Source of the DNA: Camelus ferus
Lineage: Eukaryota
Reading direction: 5' to 3'
Length of the DNA: 64,000 nt
Assembly: GCF_009834535.1 (NCBI RefSeq)
Contig: NC_045696.1
Location: forward strand, 90,398,001-90,462,000
Both the position numbers and the translations under genes were made by a program. Positions 1-14,470 of the stretch are shown in pieces; the first letter of the stretch is position 1, and every line of letters starts with the position of its first letter. The notes below the pieces were generated by a model. That model was not told the DNA's origin. It ran no database searches and saw nothing but the letters and a program-made list of their open reading frames with translations.

Positions 1-386
1 GCTGCCCTATCCCTTTTCTTACTGCCTGGCATATCAGGGCTAACCTATTGGCTTGAGGTGCATACACAGTAACTAGACTCCTAAGGTTGTCAAATTCTGC
101 CTGTACTCAATAGACCTTAGCCTCTATCAAAACCCATTAAAAAAAAAAAAAGACATTACTAGGTTTTCACATGCCTCAGTGACAAAACAAGAAGAATCCA
201 TGACTTCCATGTCGTAACACAGAATACCAACCACCACAGGAGATGAGGCTTAGACTTAAACAGGTAGCAGGAGGTTCAAGGCACCTAGCCAAAGCAAGGG
301 TTTATATAAGGGGAGCCTTCCAAATTCTGAGCTAAAGTCAACTTACTCTAGCTATTGCACTAATTATTGTTTTTTCCTTCCTCTAG

Positions 387-449
387 AAAACAAATGATGA
401 TGCAATTGATTTTGGTTATACTGTTCTACTTCATGAATTCTCAACACAG
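387..449 (+). CDS. RARRES1: RARRES1 (TIG1) penultimate coding exon, 63 nt
   Basis: ctctag| ... CAG|gtaaaa; translates KTNDDAIDFGYTVLLHEFSTQ, latexin-family C-terminal domain matching recalled RARRES1. Confidence 0.93.
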
Positions 450-526
450 GTAAAACAAAACAGTATACGGAATTGTTTTAGCCGGAAGTTTTTGTAGATC
501 ATCATTTTAGAACTCTTATTTCCCAG

Positions 527-676
527 GAAATCATTCCCTGTCATATTCACTTGGTCTGGTACCCTGGCAAACCACTGAAAGTGAAGGACCACTGTCAAGA
601 GCCACACACACCAGAAGAAGCCTCTGGAACCGAAGAGGGATCAGCTGTGGCACCAACAGAGCTTAGTAATTTCTGA
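527..676 (+). CDS. RARRES1: RARRES1 last coding exon including TGA stop
   Basis: tcccag| acceptor after a 77-nt intron; EIIPCHIHLVWYPGKPLKVKDHCQEPHTPEEASGTEEGSAVAPTELSNF* matches the recalled RARRES1 C-terminus. Confidence 0.95.
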   Translation, partial: EIIPCHIHLVWYPGKPLKVKDHCQEPHTPEEASGTEEGSAVAPTELSNF

Positions 677-1193
677 TCATCTGCTTACACCAAATGACTA
701 TACTAAATAGCCAAAATCATTACTCTAGTAAAAGAGCCAAGGTATAAGGCATTCTGGTAATTTAGGGAAGCCTGGGATTACAAGTAAATACTCAAAAGAT
801 GTTGGGGTTTCTGTTTTTTGATTGGTTTGGTTTACTTTTAACTCTGGGAGCACGTACACTCTGCTCAGTGCTAAACAGTCTCCCTGCAGGTTCCTCAGGG
901 TCTCAACCCTAAATTGCAAAACCTAGTTCATTACTATGTGCTGCAGCTGGACCAATAAGTATTTAAAAAAACACAACAAAATAGACTTGATGGTCACATC
1001 TCTAAATCTGCATTTCTCAATATTTTGAATATACTGTAACCAACTATTTTATGATGCTTTTACCTAACATGTTAAAGAGATAATATATTTCAGTGAAAGC
1101 AAATTATACGGAAAAAATTACCTGTTTAAAAGGAATTTTATAATTTTTTATGATTTCAAGCAAGTATTCCTTTTTAACTGATACCTACTTTCA

Positions 1194-1213
1194 AATAAAT
1201 GTTTCTAAATAAA
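1194..1213 (+). terminator. Candidate RARRES1 poly(A) signals (two AATAAA)
   Basis: AATAAA at 1194-1199 and 1208-1213 followed by GT-rich tgtgtt repeats. Confidence 0.55.
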
Positions 1214-3514
1214 ATGTGTTAAATGTGTTTGTAGAGATTTGTCTATAGTCAAAATTTGTGCTAAACTGGGATTAAATGATCTCTAAATATTGTGTAATTC
1301 AAATTTTACAAAAAAAAATATAGTATCTCACAGATAAAGCCGAGTGTCTGCAAATACACATTAAATGAAACAGTGATGTAACTAAAAGTTTACAAAGTAT
1401 TTACAACTTTCATTTATAAGGACAATCTGGACCTAATGTTGGCCTAAGTAATTTATAAAAGCAAATACAACATATACCATTATCAGATTCAGTGGAGTAG
1501 CTAACCAGGAAGGAAGATTCGATCCAGGAAACGGGCCAGCATATGCCTCTCAAAGTTAATATCATTTAATGAATGCTTATATCCATGTCTGAAAACCTGT
1601 AGCCAGGAGGTGGGGCAGATCTCATCCTCTTAAAGGCATTATTAGTGAAATCAGGCTCACAAATGTGACCATAATTCAACCAGGCAAGGAATCTAAAATG
1701 GCCCTTTAACAGACTTAAGTATATCTACACAAACATACAAAAACTTACCGAATTTATAAATTCACAAAACCCACAAAGTTAAACCACGAAAAAATTTCTC
1801 AGTATCACCACTAGAACATCTTTTCTAGCACAAACTCTAAAACTGCTGACTTGATTCTATTAATACCGATTTTGCTAGCTAACAGAAAAAAATTAATCTG
1901 TCTTGACATAGAATTAAACCTTCTAAATACCCTAAGCCCTCTTTTCAATGAGTAAAGAATTAAGACTCAATCCGACCCAGTGGCAGTTATATACAGCATT
2001 ACAGTGATTTTCCTACTCTCTTCAGAATTTTCAGAAATTCTAAGATGTACAGAATAACACCAGGATTTTGTCTGCATTCCATTTGATTCTACTCAGTTGC
2101 ATTTTTCCTATCTGAATTATGATTCAGTTAGAAGTTAAACAAATTCTTTTGAAAGTCAGTTGGAAGATTCTGTATTAGCCCTCGAATGTCTTCCATGACA
2201 TGAGTTTACTACACTAATTTCTCACAGCTTAGAAAATTCGATGACCTGTTCTGTGACCTTTCCTAGATTTCAAAGTGCTACAGTCACCTAACATGCTGCC
2301 TGACGCTTATTTGAATTACGAATGCTCACAGTAAATTGCCTGTGAATACATTAACTACTTCAATGATGCATTACAGTGGTGCTTGAAGACACTAAGCAAC
2401 AATTAAAGCTCTACTATAAAAATGTATAGTTTTAGCAACGCAAATAGCTGTTTTCTACACAGGGATGTATTCCTACATGTCACAACGTACTACTTACCTG
2501 GTGGCTGCCTTGTTTCACTGGTATCAATTTAGAGACTCATCCAGGTTTCAAAAACATTAAAATCTGAAAAAATCCTAAAGCTTCAGAATTGATTAAGTGT
2601 CTTCACAAACTAAACAATGTAAGAGTAAGCAAAGAGGAAAGGAATAACAGAAAACTGTATCTTTAAGGGTAAAGTTATCAAACTAAAAAGAAACAGCCCG
2701 AACTCTAACTTCACACAAAATATTAATAGTGTGACACATCTGCATTTCATGTTTTGGGGGTGCAGGTGACATTACAATGGTCTTTAACCTTGTCTGTATA
2801 TTTGAATAAACCAGAAAACTTCTCTTCTTGATCCAAAGAATTAGAGTATCTAAGGGTTGGCCTGGGTATTTTTAAAGTGCTGCCAGGATTGGGAATCAGG
2901 GCAATACTGCCTAGTGCTGCCACTATTCTCCAACACAAATAATACTGTCTGTCTTTAAATTAGCCAATAATTATTCTTTAGTAGTATAAAAGTAGTATAA
3001 AAGAAACTTATTTATGAATATCCTCATTAATTTTTTCCTTGTAGAGACTTTGGCTGGTATATGGTTTTTAAGCTATAACCAGACTAATGACTTAGCAAGA
3101 GATGTGGGTTCTGGTCCTGGATCGGCCCCTGTGTGATCCTGTTCTAGTTACTCCCACCAGCTGGGCCTGTGTCATTGCCTATGAAATGCTGGTGTCACAT
3201 TAGATATCTAGACTCTTTCCGGGAACCATACCATCATAACCAGACCAAGTTAAAAATAAATCCAAATTTATCCATCTTATGTTCTAATATTTCTAACTGT
3301 TGGCAATAACCAGAGGAACTGTGCTAAGTTCTAAGAAGGTATTTCCTCATTAGGAACACTATTCAAAGTCATTATCAATACCGTGAGATGCTCACGAAAT
3401 GCCAAAGCAACAATACTTTTCAGGCCTGATGCTACTGTAGCAACAGATATATTTATGGGAAAATGCAGTTGGTTTGGTGAGTATAATAACTGCATTATCA
3501 ACTTGAAAAGTTAA

Positions 3515-3680
3515 TGAGCTATATGATCTTAGACAAGTTACTTACCTTCTCTGTGCTTCTGCCACCTCCATTACAAAAATGGACATTTAGTAATTTACTT
3601 TCATAGGGTTGTAAAAACAAAATTAGATCATGCATTTCAAGCATTTAGCAAATGCCTTGAAAACACTTGCTCAATATTTT
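3515..3680 (+). mobile_element. MIR SINE fragment
   Basis: MIR core-like gatcttagacaagttacttaccttctctgtgcttc...tcatagggttgt; ends approximate. Confidence 0.65.
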
Positions 3681-4289
3681 TTAAAGATTTTTTTTTCTAG
3701 GAACCTTAAGTTATAAAGTCAAATCTATAAATCAAGAAAAACAAAGAAATTTAAGCCAGTTATTTTATTTGTATTATTCACTAAGGGAAAGGACTAGGGC
3801 ATGTCTATTACATCAGATGATTTTTGGATGAAGCAATTCTGAATATGATGGAATTGTCTGGCAAAGCCCAACATATTCTAGGAACAAAAGCTTAACATTT
3901 GTTCTTTCACAATCTCAATGAATACAATACATGATAAATTCTAACAGACTCAAATTCAGCTAGCATTTACAAGGTGAATGAAACAGACTAGGCAGCAAGC
4001 CTGTTAATTATAAATTTTTTATTATTTTGAGCTGCAGAAACACTAAAATGAATATAGATAAGAAAAGCATATGCAAGGGTCTGTTTTTCACCTCATAGGT
4101 CTGCAAAAAGTAACATTTATACTCCTAAAAACAAGCAGATAAAAATCTGCAGAAGCCACAAATTGAAGCAATCAGCTCTACATAAAATAGCTAGAATCTA
4201 GCTAGCATTTTAATCTCCAAATAAAGAATCTGAAAAACATTCTCTATTAAGATCATATAGAATCCATTCCTTAAGAAATAATTTTATCG

Positions 4290-4550
4290 CCAGGACTCAT
4301 TTATTTTGTAACTGGAAGTATGTACCTTTTAATCTCCCTCACCTATTTCACTCCTCTCTCCTGACTTCTCCCTCCTCTCTAACAAACACCTACCTGTTTG
4401 TTCTCTGTATCTATGAGTCTGCTTCCATTTTAATGTTGGTTCATTTGTTTTTTACACTCCACCTATAGGTAAAAATCATACAGTATTTATCTTTCTCTGA
4501 CTTACTTCACTTAGCATAATCTCTTCTAGGGTCATCCACGTTGTCACAAA
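4290..4550 (-). mobile_element. 5'-truncated L1 3'-end fragment (L1MA-like)
   Basis: tatctttctctgacttacttcacttagcataatc motif; degenerate flanking direct repeat gaatccattccttaa (4260-4274) / gaatccactcttaa (4552-4565). Confidence 0.75.
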
Positions 4551-4936
4551 GGAATCCACTCTTAAACAAAAAGGCTGCCAACTAAAAGATGACAATCCAA
4601 GATAGTATCATGATATATGCAATTCACTTCCAAGTATTCAGCAAAACAATTTTTTAAAAAAATGGAAGTATAAGACATAGATGGATAACAGACAAACAGA
4701 TAAAGCAAACATGACAAAGGAAATTATTTGATCAACAAACTGTTACCAAAATTGTCCACTGTTGAGTCCAGATGGAAGGTACATGGCCATTCTCTGTACT
4801 GTTTTTTCAGCTTTTCTGTATGTTGAAAATTCTTATAAAAAATTTGGAAGTTTATACACGTTCTAAGCTTAGAAGTATAACAGAAATAAGCCTCTTCCCC
4901 CTTAAATCAATATTAAATGTATTTCTGTAATAATAT

Positions 4937-4942
4937 TTTATT
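4937..4942 (-). terminator. Candidate proximal GFM1 poly(A) signal
   Basis: AATAAA on minus strand about 180 nt downstream of the GFM1 stop; more distal sites also exist. Confidence 0.4.
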
Positions 4943-5118
4943 TGAGGTAAAAACCAATCAACAGAGGAGATATACATAGAATTGACTTTGATATAATAGA
5001 AGCTCCTGAATTTAATAGAAAGGGCTTCTAAAATTACTTGTTCTCAGCCAGGTTTCATTCCATTAGAGTCCATTAAAGTATCTAAACCTTGCATATTCAG
5101 TCAAAAAACTGAAGAAAA

Positions 5119-5316
<198 letters not shown>

Positions 5317-5401
5317 TCACATAAAGACAAGATTTCATAAAAATGATCATCTTGTAGGATGGTCTCTCGAGCACTGAATTAAAACGTAAGCACCTGCTTA
5401 C

Positions 5402-5455
5402 CTCTGTGCATGACCTGAGTTCAGTGGAATAACCAAACATATTATTTAGAGGGAC
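5402..5455 (-). CDS. GFM1: GFM1 exon 17
   Basis: cag|...GAG|gtaagc; VPLNNMFGYSTELRSCTE; 54 nt. Confidence 0.96.
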
Positions 5456-6210
5456 CTGAAAATAAACATAGTAGATACTTTAACATTGCTTATTGAAAAT
5501 GTTTGAGGAAAATACAGAGAAGCCTTAGCAATTTAATTCTTTTAGACTTAGGTCTCTACTAACTACTCCTGGTTTAAAAGATAGAAGCCAAAGAAAAATT
5601 TATTTTTGTTTCACTGCAAGTAGAAACCCTATTTGAAAATAATTTCATTTCACAGTCACAACTAGAAAGCAAATCTTCCAGTTTCACAGAGTGGTCACCA
5701 ACAGCCTTCCCTCTCATCCCACTCCACTCGCTGCAGCTCAAGTGCTCAGACACGTTTCTTGGGTGAAAATGTGAATACAGCTTTCCTAAGGACTCCTCAA
5801 TGACATGTCGGTAGTAGTGTCTTCAGGAGGCCTTAGGTAACGTAATAAACCCTTTCTCCCATGAGATTTAAGTCAAGTAAGGTACAGGCAAGGGAACTAA
5901 ATACCCCAATAAATTAGAGCATAATAAGACAGCTATGCAAATAAAGCTATAATGAGAAATGGAACTATACATCTAAGAAAATGACATATTCACAAAGTCT
6001 ACATGAAATAAATCTTATTTTTAGCTTTTGCACTTAAGATGCTCTAACAGAAAATTACAGAAATTGTCACACATATATAAGCCACAAACTCAACACTCAA
6101 ATAGCCAGCGAAATGTGTCAGTTTGCTCTACGATTTCCAGAAACAAAAGCTAATCTGATTTCCTCCTGTGGTTAATAAAAGCCAGGTTGTCAGGAACCAA
6201 CAATACTTAC

Positions 6211-6371
6211 ATCTGCATATAGTGTAAAATAGTCCTCAACTCCATCTTGTCCTGTGATTATTCCATTGCGTCGGTTAATTCCTGCAATCACTGCTCCCTG
6301 AAATTCATTTGGAGCTATGACTTCCACAGACATAATAGGTTCAAGAATACATAATGTTGCATCTGCCAAGG
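6211..6371 (-). CDS. GFM1: GFM1 exon 16
   Basis: 161 nt; (A)[53 protein letters not shown]|gtaagt. Confidence 0.96.
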
Positions 6372-9300
6372 CTGGGGTTTAAAAAAAATAATAAATTGGT
6401 TTATTGATCTTTAAACGAACTGGGACTCTTTTCTATCCAAATATACACAAGGAAGATAGAGTACTCTCCCAAAGGTACACACACAAATGATGAGGTTAAA
6501 ATATTTGATCTGGACTCATTTTTCTAGTAGCAGTAGCGGTCACTCTTCTAAATGGAAATTCCAGTAAAACACCACTTAATTCTAATATTAGTATGTCCAT
6601 TACCATATTTTTATCCTTAAAAATCATTAAGCTGCAGAGAATAATATCAAAGGAGTCTTACAACAACATTTGATCAAGTCTTTTACAGTTTAAATTATGC
6701 AGCTGGGGGTTACTTATTCTTTCTGAAATCTTTCAGGAGTAAAGACACTGTCACATCTCTGATCAAGGTAAATCAATTCTTTCCTGTTAGTCCCTGGCAG
6801 ATATTTATTCTTGGAGACAATAATCAAGTCACACCTGGGATCTGTCTAGGCTGAACAATCTCAATACCCAATTGAGAATTAGGAAACCAAGTTTTTAGTT
6901 TCTGCTCTGCCTCTAAAAAGTTACATGCCTTTTAGAAAAACGCAATCTTTCCCGGTCTTGCGTTTCTTCACCTACAAAATAAAAACATGGGCCTAGAAGC
7001 TAAGGGCCATTTAAGCACTAAACCCCAATGTGTACGTACACTCTTTTATCCCACTTAGACATAACCGGAACATATTTAATTTGGACGTTATGATAATGCA
7101 GAATAATACCTCAGCTCCAGGACTGGATGAGTTATCTCTAAATAAAGACTTTAAGCAAAACACAGAAAAGGTGACAAAGAAAATATTTTGTTTTAAAATA
7201 ATCATAATTTTCCAAACATCAATTTGTTTATAATAAGCCAGTCAGCAATTATTCTCGTATATTCATTAAAGCACTTCTTCTGAAGATACTATTACCTTAA
7301 GTGCAATAACGGAAGGAACAGTCATTTAATATAATTGTATTTCCTTGAAATATTTTCTAACTCAAATCTATTCTAGCTCAGACCTATCTTTGACAAAATA
7401 GTCCTAATTAATGAATTTGTTCTGAAAAGAGGAATAACTGAACTTTGTAGAGTCCTAAGTTTCATTAACTAAACCCTGCAGAACCCTCCTACACAGATAT
7501 TTATAGCAGTAGACTAATAATTCTGGACTGTACAAGCAGCTCTATTTCTCGTAACTTCTTGGGTTATTACAACAGCAGAGCTTCCTTGGCTCTTAGTAAG
7601 TGTAATTAATGCAGAAGGTACCCAGAAAGAGCGATGTGAGCAGACTTATTAAGATTTAGTCACACATTGTATAGTGTTTGCAACAGGTTAGTAATAAAAA
7701 AGAGCTGGAGTATGAAAGCGTCTTATTCCAAAGGGAAGGAAGGGGCCAAGTATACAGTGCCTACCTCTTAATTGTTGAGGACAGCAGGTCTAGTACTCAG
7801 TTTCATATTCCCTTACTCTGCTCCTTCCCTTTTAAACTCCCTCTTTCCTCCAAAATCCACCCCCCAATTTTTTCAAAGAACCTCACCCTTATGCGTGCCT
7901 TTCTCTAACCGCATTCCGTGTGACAAGACTCCAGCGCTAATTCATTCTGCCGTTTTTTAAATAGTTACCTGGCAGCCAAGTCCCAAAAACAAATTTCCTC
8001 AAGCAGATCCATGTGGTCTTAAGGCAGGAAATGAAAACACCAATGTCATCACAGAACCTCTGAAGCCTAAACTGGTGGGTAGAGGTGGTAATATTTCTGT
8101 TTCAGCCCACTAAGGATAGCGTTGATAACACCACACCAAGTGCTAAAGAGGTTGTGTGAGGAAGTGGTCAAGGGCTAGGGCTGTGGTTTGGGTTTAACAC
8201 TTAGCACCTCCACTAACTAGCATGGAACCTTGGGCCATTCAGTTAACTACTCTTGAGTCACAATTTTCTCAACTGTTGAAGACCAGATATGGTAATTCCT
8301 GTACTCAGCATAATAAACAGCACAAAAGTGATCACTGAATGCTCCTATGATCACTCTGAGACACAAAGCTGGGGAATGGGTGGCAAGGCACAGTGCCAGG
8401 TGAAAGCACGAAGGGAAGGGGAGTGAGGGGAATGAGCGTTCACTATGCCCAAACATGGATGTGCAAGTGTTCTCAAGTACACTCTCATTTAATATTGTGT
8501 AATTACTCTCTCCAAGCAGCCTGGGCTTGCCCATTTCCACAGAGTTAAGTATGAAGTAGAGGCAGGGTTCAAACTCAAAGCCCAGAGATTTAAAAAGGGA
8601 CACTGCTAAGTGAAATGAGCTAGCCATGACACTGGGTAGGACTTTACTTCTCTTCTAGAGTAGCTACAAGTTCGAGTTTCTGGGGGAGACCAAACATAGT
8701 GGTCTTCCCAAAAACTGGCCAGAAAAAAACTGATGGCAAATGGTCACATCCACTCAATTTCACATTTCAGTTTTAGTTACATCACTGGTTAATCTCAGGG
8801 ACAAAGTTTAAATTGTGACTGAAAATAGTTCCAGTTTTTTTTTTTTTTAATGAAAAATACATGAGAATTTGAACTATTTTTCTTCCAATTTTGATAACAG
8901 GGAATAGCTCAAAAGTATAAGCTAATCTGATTCTAAGTGTATTTATCAAGATTTTCTCCCTAAAACTCTCATAATATACAATGGAAGTCTATGCATGAAA
9001 AGCTGATTTTGAGCGTGGAAAAATTTCCTCATACCCTGTTACATTTTTGTCTTTCAATCATGGAGAAATAAGAATTAGATGATGAAACAGAAAAGTAATG
9101 TATTTTTCATGCTAGCACCCTGCTTATTTTGCACATGTTTATCTAGCAAAAAAAAAAAAAAAGCTTCTCAATTCAGTTATCATCTAATGCTTTTCCTTCG
9201 CACCCCCACCAGGCAATCACACATAACAATATTTGCACACTGAAGTATTTAAAAACTAAATGGTATATATTCAACTGTGTAGTTAATATTCATAGATATG

Positions 9301-10862
9301 CAGACTTTCTTCATGAATATGTATATGTATATTATAAGCATATAATCTATATTTATTTATATTTCATATAGGTACAATTAAAAAGGATGAGGTTCTTTGT
9401 TAACTGATTTTACCAATTACCTTGCCTTATGTAACCTAGATCTCCAGGAAAGTTACCAATCTCCAGTCAAGAACTAGCATAGAACAATTGGTGATTTCTG
9501 ATTTGTTTTAACTATACTTCTAAAAAGTATCACAATGTATTCATTTATCAAATCATCGTATTATACACTTTAAGTATCTTACAGCTTTGTCAACTGTACC
9601 TCAATAAAGCTGAAAAAAACCATGAAGTGATTACAACAAATTTGTTTAAGATTTATTAAAGAGGCAGGTGTTACCATCTGAATCAAGCCTAACAAAGTCT
9701 TATTTTATGACTTTATTTCCCTCTTTTCCTGTGAACACAATTGTCAGACTGTGACAAGGTCTCCAGATCACAGGTTCCAATCACATTTCTAATCGCTAGC
9801 TGGCGTAAAGAAAATAGAGGATTCTCTCGCCCTTTCACACTGAGAAACTAAATCACAAATTACTAGTGGCTCCCATTAGTTTAAGTAAAATAAGAAATTA
9901 GCAGTCTGGTTAAGGAATGAGCAACCTTCTCCAACCACTGCCGCACACCCGATCACAAAGGCTAACAGCCCCATAACAACATGAAGCCCAGAATTTGTAC
10001 AGAATCAGTAAGTCCTGATTTACCAAATGCTTGGAAATGGTGTGTTAAGATTAATTTTCTGCTGTCCATCCTGACCCTCTTCCCCAAAAATATTCCTGAA
10101 ATGTTTTGTGAATCATAATTCTCCTGTGTAAACACACTTGCAGACATTATGAATGAATTACCTTATAACAGGTATGGAAGACATGACAAAAAGAATGAAT
10201 TTTGTGGTTTCCAGATAGAACTTGGAACTCCTTTGTTGAATAACCCTGATGCCCTGTTGTTATTTGCTTTTCTCTTAAAAGCAATGAGTCAGATACATCT
10301 GCAATTGCTTAGGGTTCTGTTCCATCACGGTTTTAACACACATATTATTCTATGTGAGAAAGATTGATGATTTTAGCAGTTAAGCAAGAAGTCTACACTG
10401 TGAATAAGGTTTACCGAATTCTTTCAAAATACTCTGCAATCCTCAAAATGCCTAAAAGCCTATAATGTCATACATCAAAAAGTTATTTCAAATTTATGGA
10501 TTTTCTGACATCTGAATAAGTCACTAAAAATAACATGACTATAATGTTCCTTCAAAATATTTCTTAGAATTCTGAGCATTTCTGTCTTCTTTTCCATTAA
10601 AAATGGAACTTACAGATTATCTATGAAAAATATCAGATAATTTAGAAAGAACAAAGTAGGATTTTAATTTTACGAGAAAGAAGACATAGCAATGTATTCT
10701 CACTCTGATTCTATGAATATTTTCCCAGAACTGATCATGTTCCCTGATGTGCTGCCTACCACTGAGGGGAGAAGACCTAAACAGCACAGTACTGCCTTCT
10801 GGGGCTGATGGTCCACCAGGGAAACAGACATAGGGACACGGCAAATGCCAGACGCAGCATAC

Positions 10863-11007
10863 CTTGTTTGAGAGCACCTTCTCCTGCACGGATGAAAGAG
10901 ATTTCATTGGAATCCACCATGTGATGTGCTCCATCTTGCAGGACAAACCGGAGCCCAGAGAGCTTGTGACCAGACAGAGGGCCCTTCTCGCACGCATCCA
11001 GAAACCC
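10863..11007 (-). CDS. GFM1: GFM1 exon 15
   Basis: 145 nt; [49 protein letters not shown]|gtatgc. Confidence 0.96.
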
Positions 11008-12577
11008 CTGTTAGTGAATGAACATAACCTCTGGAGCAGGTGGGTTGCACTTGCAGATGCATTACCACGAACCCCCAAAAGTCTCAGTATTCAGGAGTTT
11101 AACATTTTCATTTATGCTATATTTCATTCCTTAAATTTTTAAAAAAAAGTTGGACAGCCTTACCATTTAAGTTTTATTATTGTGGCCTCTAGATGAGCAA
11201 TCCCTTGGAAAAGCATATTACTTAAAGGTGTGAGCTGGTTAGAAAATGATGATGAGAGTGCCAGCAATCACTTTCTCATAACCTCATCAGTAATTATACA
11301 CTCTCACGAAGCATTATAGAGACAGCATGATCTTAATTTTATAAGGAGGAAACAGGAAAGGTAAATCTGAGAAACTCCCGAAAAGAAAACCTCCATCAAA
11401 ATTGGCATCTAATTAACAGCTGTGTCTTGAGCTCCTTCTGTATACCTATCACTGTTCTGCTTCACTGGCAGATCACTACATAATATCTTTAGTGTTACAC
11501 AATGTCAGTAAGAACTAAAAGTAAAAGGTACTTTCATTTTTCCAAACAAGTTCTTTTTCAAAAAGCAGCTTTACTGAGGTATGATGATATCAATAAAATA
11601 AACCTATTTAAAGACTACAATTTGATAAGTGTGCAGTTCTTTTCCATTCAGTCACTTAAATATTTGTAGTGCTCCTACAATTCAAGTTAGTTTTTCATGG
11701 CAAGACAGTCACACAGCTGCACATGTAGCACAATATATTTCTGACATTTTAAAACTGTAAACTCTCAGTGTTGAGAAATATCTAAGCTTTCCTTCACCTA
11801 CATTAATCTTTTAGAAGATAATTTCAAAGTGTGAATGACAAAATACTGTCTTGAAATAAAGGGTAATGAATGAAATATACTAATCACAAAAAAAGCTACC
11901 AAAATACTGAAACCAAAATTATGATCTATTATTGAAGATTCCTAAAAAACCTAAAAACCTCAATCTATAAGAATAGACAGTTGCTAAAGATTTTTACAAC
12001 AGTCTTAAAGCCAGTGACCCAGAAAGCAAACAAAACACTAATAGCCCATCATATATGTAAAGCTCTTCACATTTCCCAAAGAAATGTCACAGTCTTACCT
12101 GATCCTCAATTTGTGAGGGGTTCAAATTGAAGTATTATATGCTCAGTTTAAAATGAAGAAAGTGGTTCTGAACACCAGGGTTTACCAAAAAGCATTTGAA
12201 TCAGTAGCAAAGATGATGGCAGCACCCAGGGACTGGGAGTCTTAATGAATGGTCATTCTACTGCAACAGAACACCTAAAACTTGCATCAATCCCTGACAA
12301 CTACTACAAATTTCAGTTGCTGATTACGATCAATTAAGTAGTTTCAATTTATCAAGAGAAATGTAATAACTATGATTCAGACACAGAATTATTTCCCCTC
12401 ATTGTCATAGCATACATTTATAGCTCTTCAACTTAATGAATTAAAGATTCTAAATGAGATGGAAAGCTTAATCAGAAAAAGTAAGACTGTAACGAAAATG
12501 AAACACAGAAAAAAATGATTTGATACCTAGAAGACTGTTTTTGATTTTTCAAAAATACAATAAAGTTTATTTACTTA

Positions 12578-12781
<204 letters not shown>

Positions 12782-13985
12782 TCAACACAGCATTATATAA
12801 TTCCCAAAATAAAACAGCTCCTACTAATTTAAATGAGAAAACACATTTCATCATTTTTCCCTTCAAATATAACTTGCTATAACATTTTATTGTAGAATTC
12901 ATTTAAAAAGGAATCCTCTCCTTTCTATTCTTACTTGGAGGGAAGGGTGGTACACCACTAAAGTAATCCATGGTTCTAATTCTACTAATTCTGAATTTCA
13001 TAAGAAGAAAATAAAAGTCAACTAATTAAAATCAGTCAGCCCAAGGTTTCTATTGTAGTAATCTACATTCCAAAGAGCTTGCCCATTTCTTTTGGAATGC
13101 TTCCCTTCCCTGGGACACAGGGTTCTCTCCTTAAACCTATATAATCGAGGACAGTTACCTGAAAGTAGGAGCTGTGCAGTTAATTCATACAGGTAGCTGC
13201 TATTTGATTTTACAACTTGGACACTATGGACTGAGGCAAAAAAAGAGAAGGGAATTTCGGGCGGAGTAACTAACACCTGGAAATGATTAACGGCAAAATG
13301 ATTATGATTAACATAAGCCACTCAAATATACACATATACAGACACAGGTCAGTGTTTACTTCAAACTACTAATGACAACATAAATAGGATAAACACCTTA
13401 CATACATATTAAATATATGTAAACACAGGCTACTAATTCTTTGAAGAAAACATTTCAAGAGTATCTACTGTTGCAAGGCATTTCTTCCTTTAAACAGAAC
13501 CTTCCTCAAGACCATAAGGTGAAAGCAGCCAGCTGCTTTCAAAGCTGACTGTAGATAACTGGAGTTAAATGGACACTAACGAGCGTGTATTCCTGCAAAC
13601 AGATCTGTGAGTGGGTTGGAAGAAGTAAATAGCAATTTCAGCAGGAGATGTCAGCTTGGAACAAGCAGATTTCATAGCCTGAGTGTGAATGTGCCTGAGG
13701 AACTGCCTTTAAAAGTAGTCTTCCAGCGGCCAAGAGCTTGAGGATGGGCTGGGAAAAACAAAACGCTGAAAGATTAATTTTCCTGGGAGGGAAACAAACA
13801 GCTATCAGAACTGAGAGAAGGAAAGCAGAAGAGAAACAACTGCCAAATCACCACAGAATTACTAAAGGGATTCCAAAACTATGGTCCACTGACATATTCT
13901 CAAGTATGCACAACTTCTCTAAGACATTTTAAATTGTTTTCGATTTTGTTGATAGTAATAAAATATCTATACAACATACTCTGGA

Positions 13986-14191
13986 ACTGTGCTATCTGTA
14001 TGGTAATCACCAATCATAAATATTTACACTGAACTTTATATTAAAGTTAAATAAAATTTAAAATTTAGTTCTTCAGTTGCACTAGTCACACTGCAAATGG
14101 TCAACAGGCAAGTGTGCAGTGTAGCTAGTGTCCAGGGCAGCACAGACAGAACACTGCCATCACTGCACAAAGTTCTACTGGACAGTACTGC
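13986..14191. mobile_element. MER3-like hAT-Charlie DNA transposon remnant
   Basis: about 205 bp, aaataaaatttaaaatttagttcttcagttgcactagtcaca...aaagttctactggacagtactg. Confidence 0.7.
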
Positions 14192-14264
14192 CCTGGAGGA
14201 CCAGTTTACAAGTAATCCATGCAGTTTTCCAGGATCATGGCTGAGCTAATAATCAAGTGGATGC

Positions 14265-14470
14265 CAAATAACAGAATACTTATGTGCCAGGCTTGTGCTA
14301 AGCACTTTTTATGGACTGTCTTACTTGTTCTTCACCACAGACCTATAAAGTAGGTACTGTTTTTATTCATGATTTTATAGGTGAGAAACCTGAGGGTCAG
14401 AGAAGCTAAGAAACTTGCCAAATGTGATATGGCTGTTAAGCAACAGAGCCAGGATTTGCACCAAGACCAA
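14265..14470 (-). mobile_element. MIR SINE
   Basis: tatgtgccaggcttgtgctaagcac...ttttataggtgagaaacctgagggtcagagaagctaagaaacttgcc. Confidence 0.8.

Noticed and set aside
7550..7990. Compositionally distinct block, possibly an LTR remnant
   Set aside because: Could not define ends, TSD or family
10617..11142. 153-aa and 92-aa ORFs over GFM1 exon 15
   Set aside because: Off-frame and antisense shadows of a real exon
13520..13541. 10-bp inverted repeat tgaaagcagc-ca-gctgctttca containing an E-box
   Set aside because: Isolated short palindrome, too short for a miRNA hairpin; no other support
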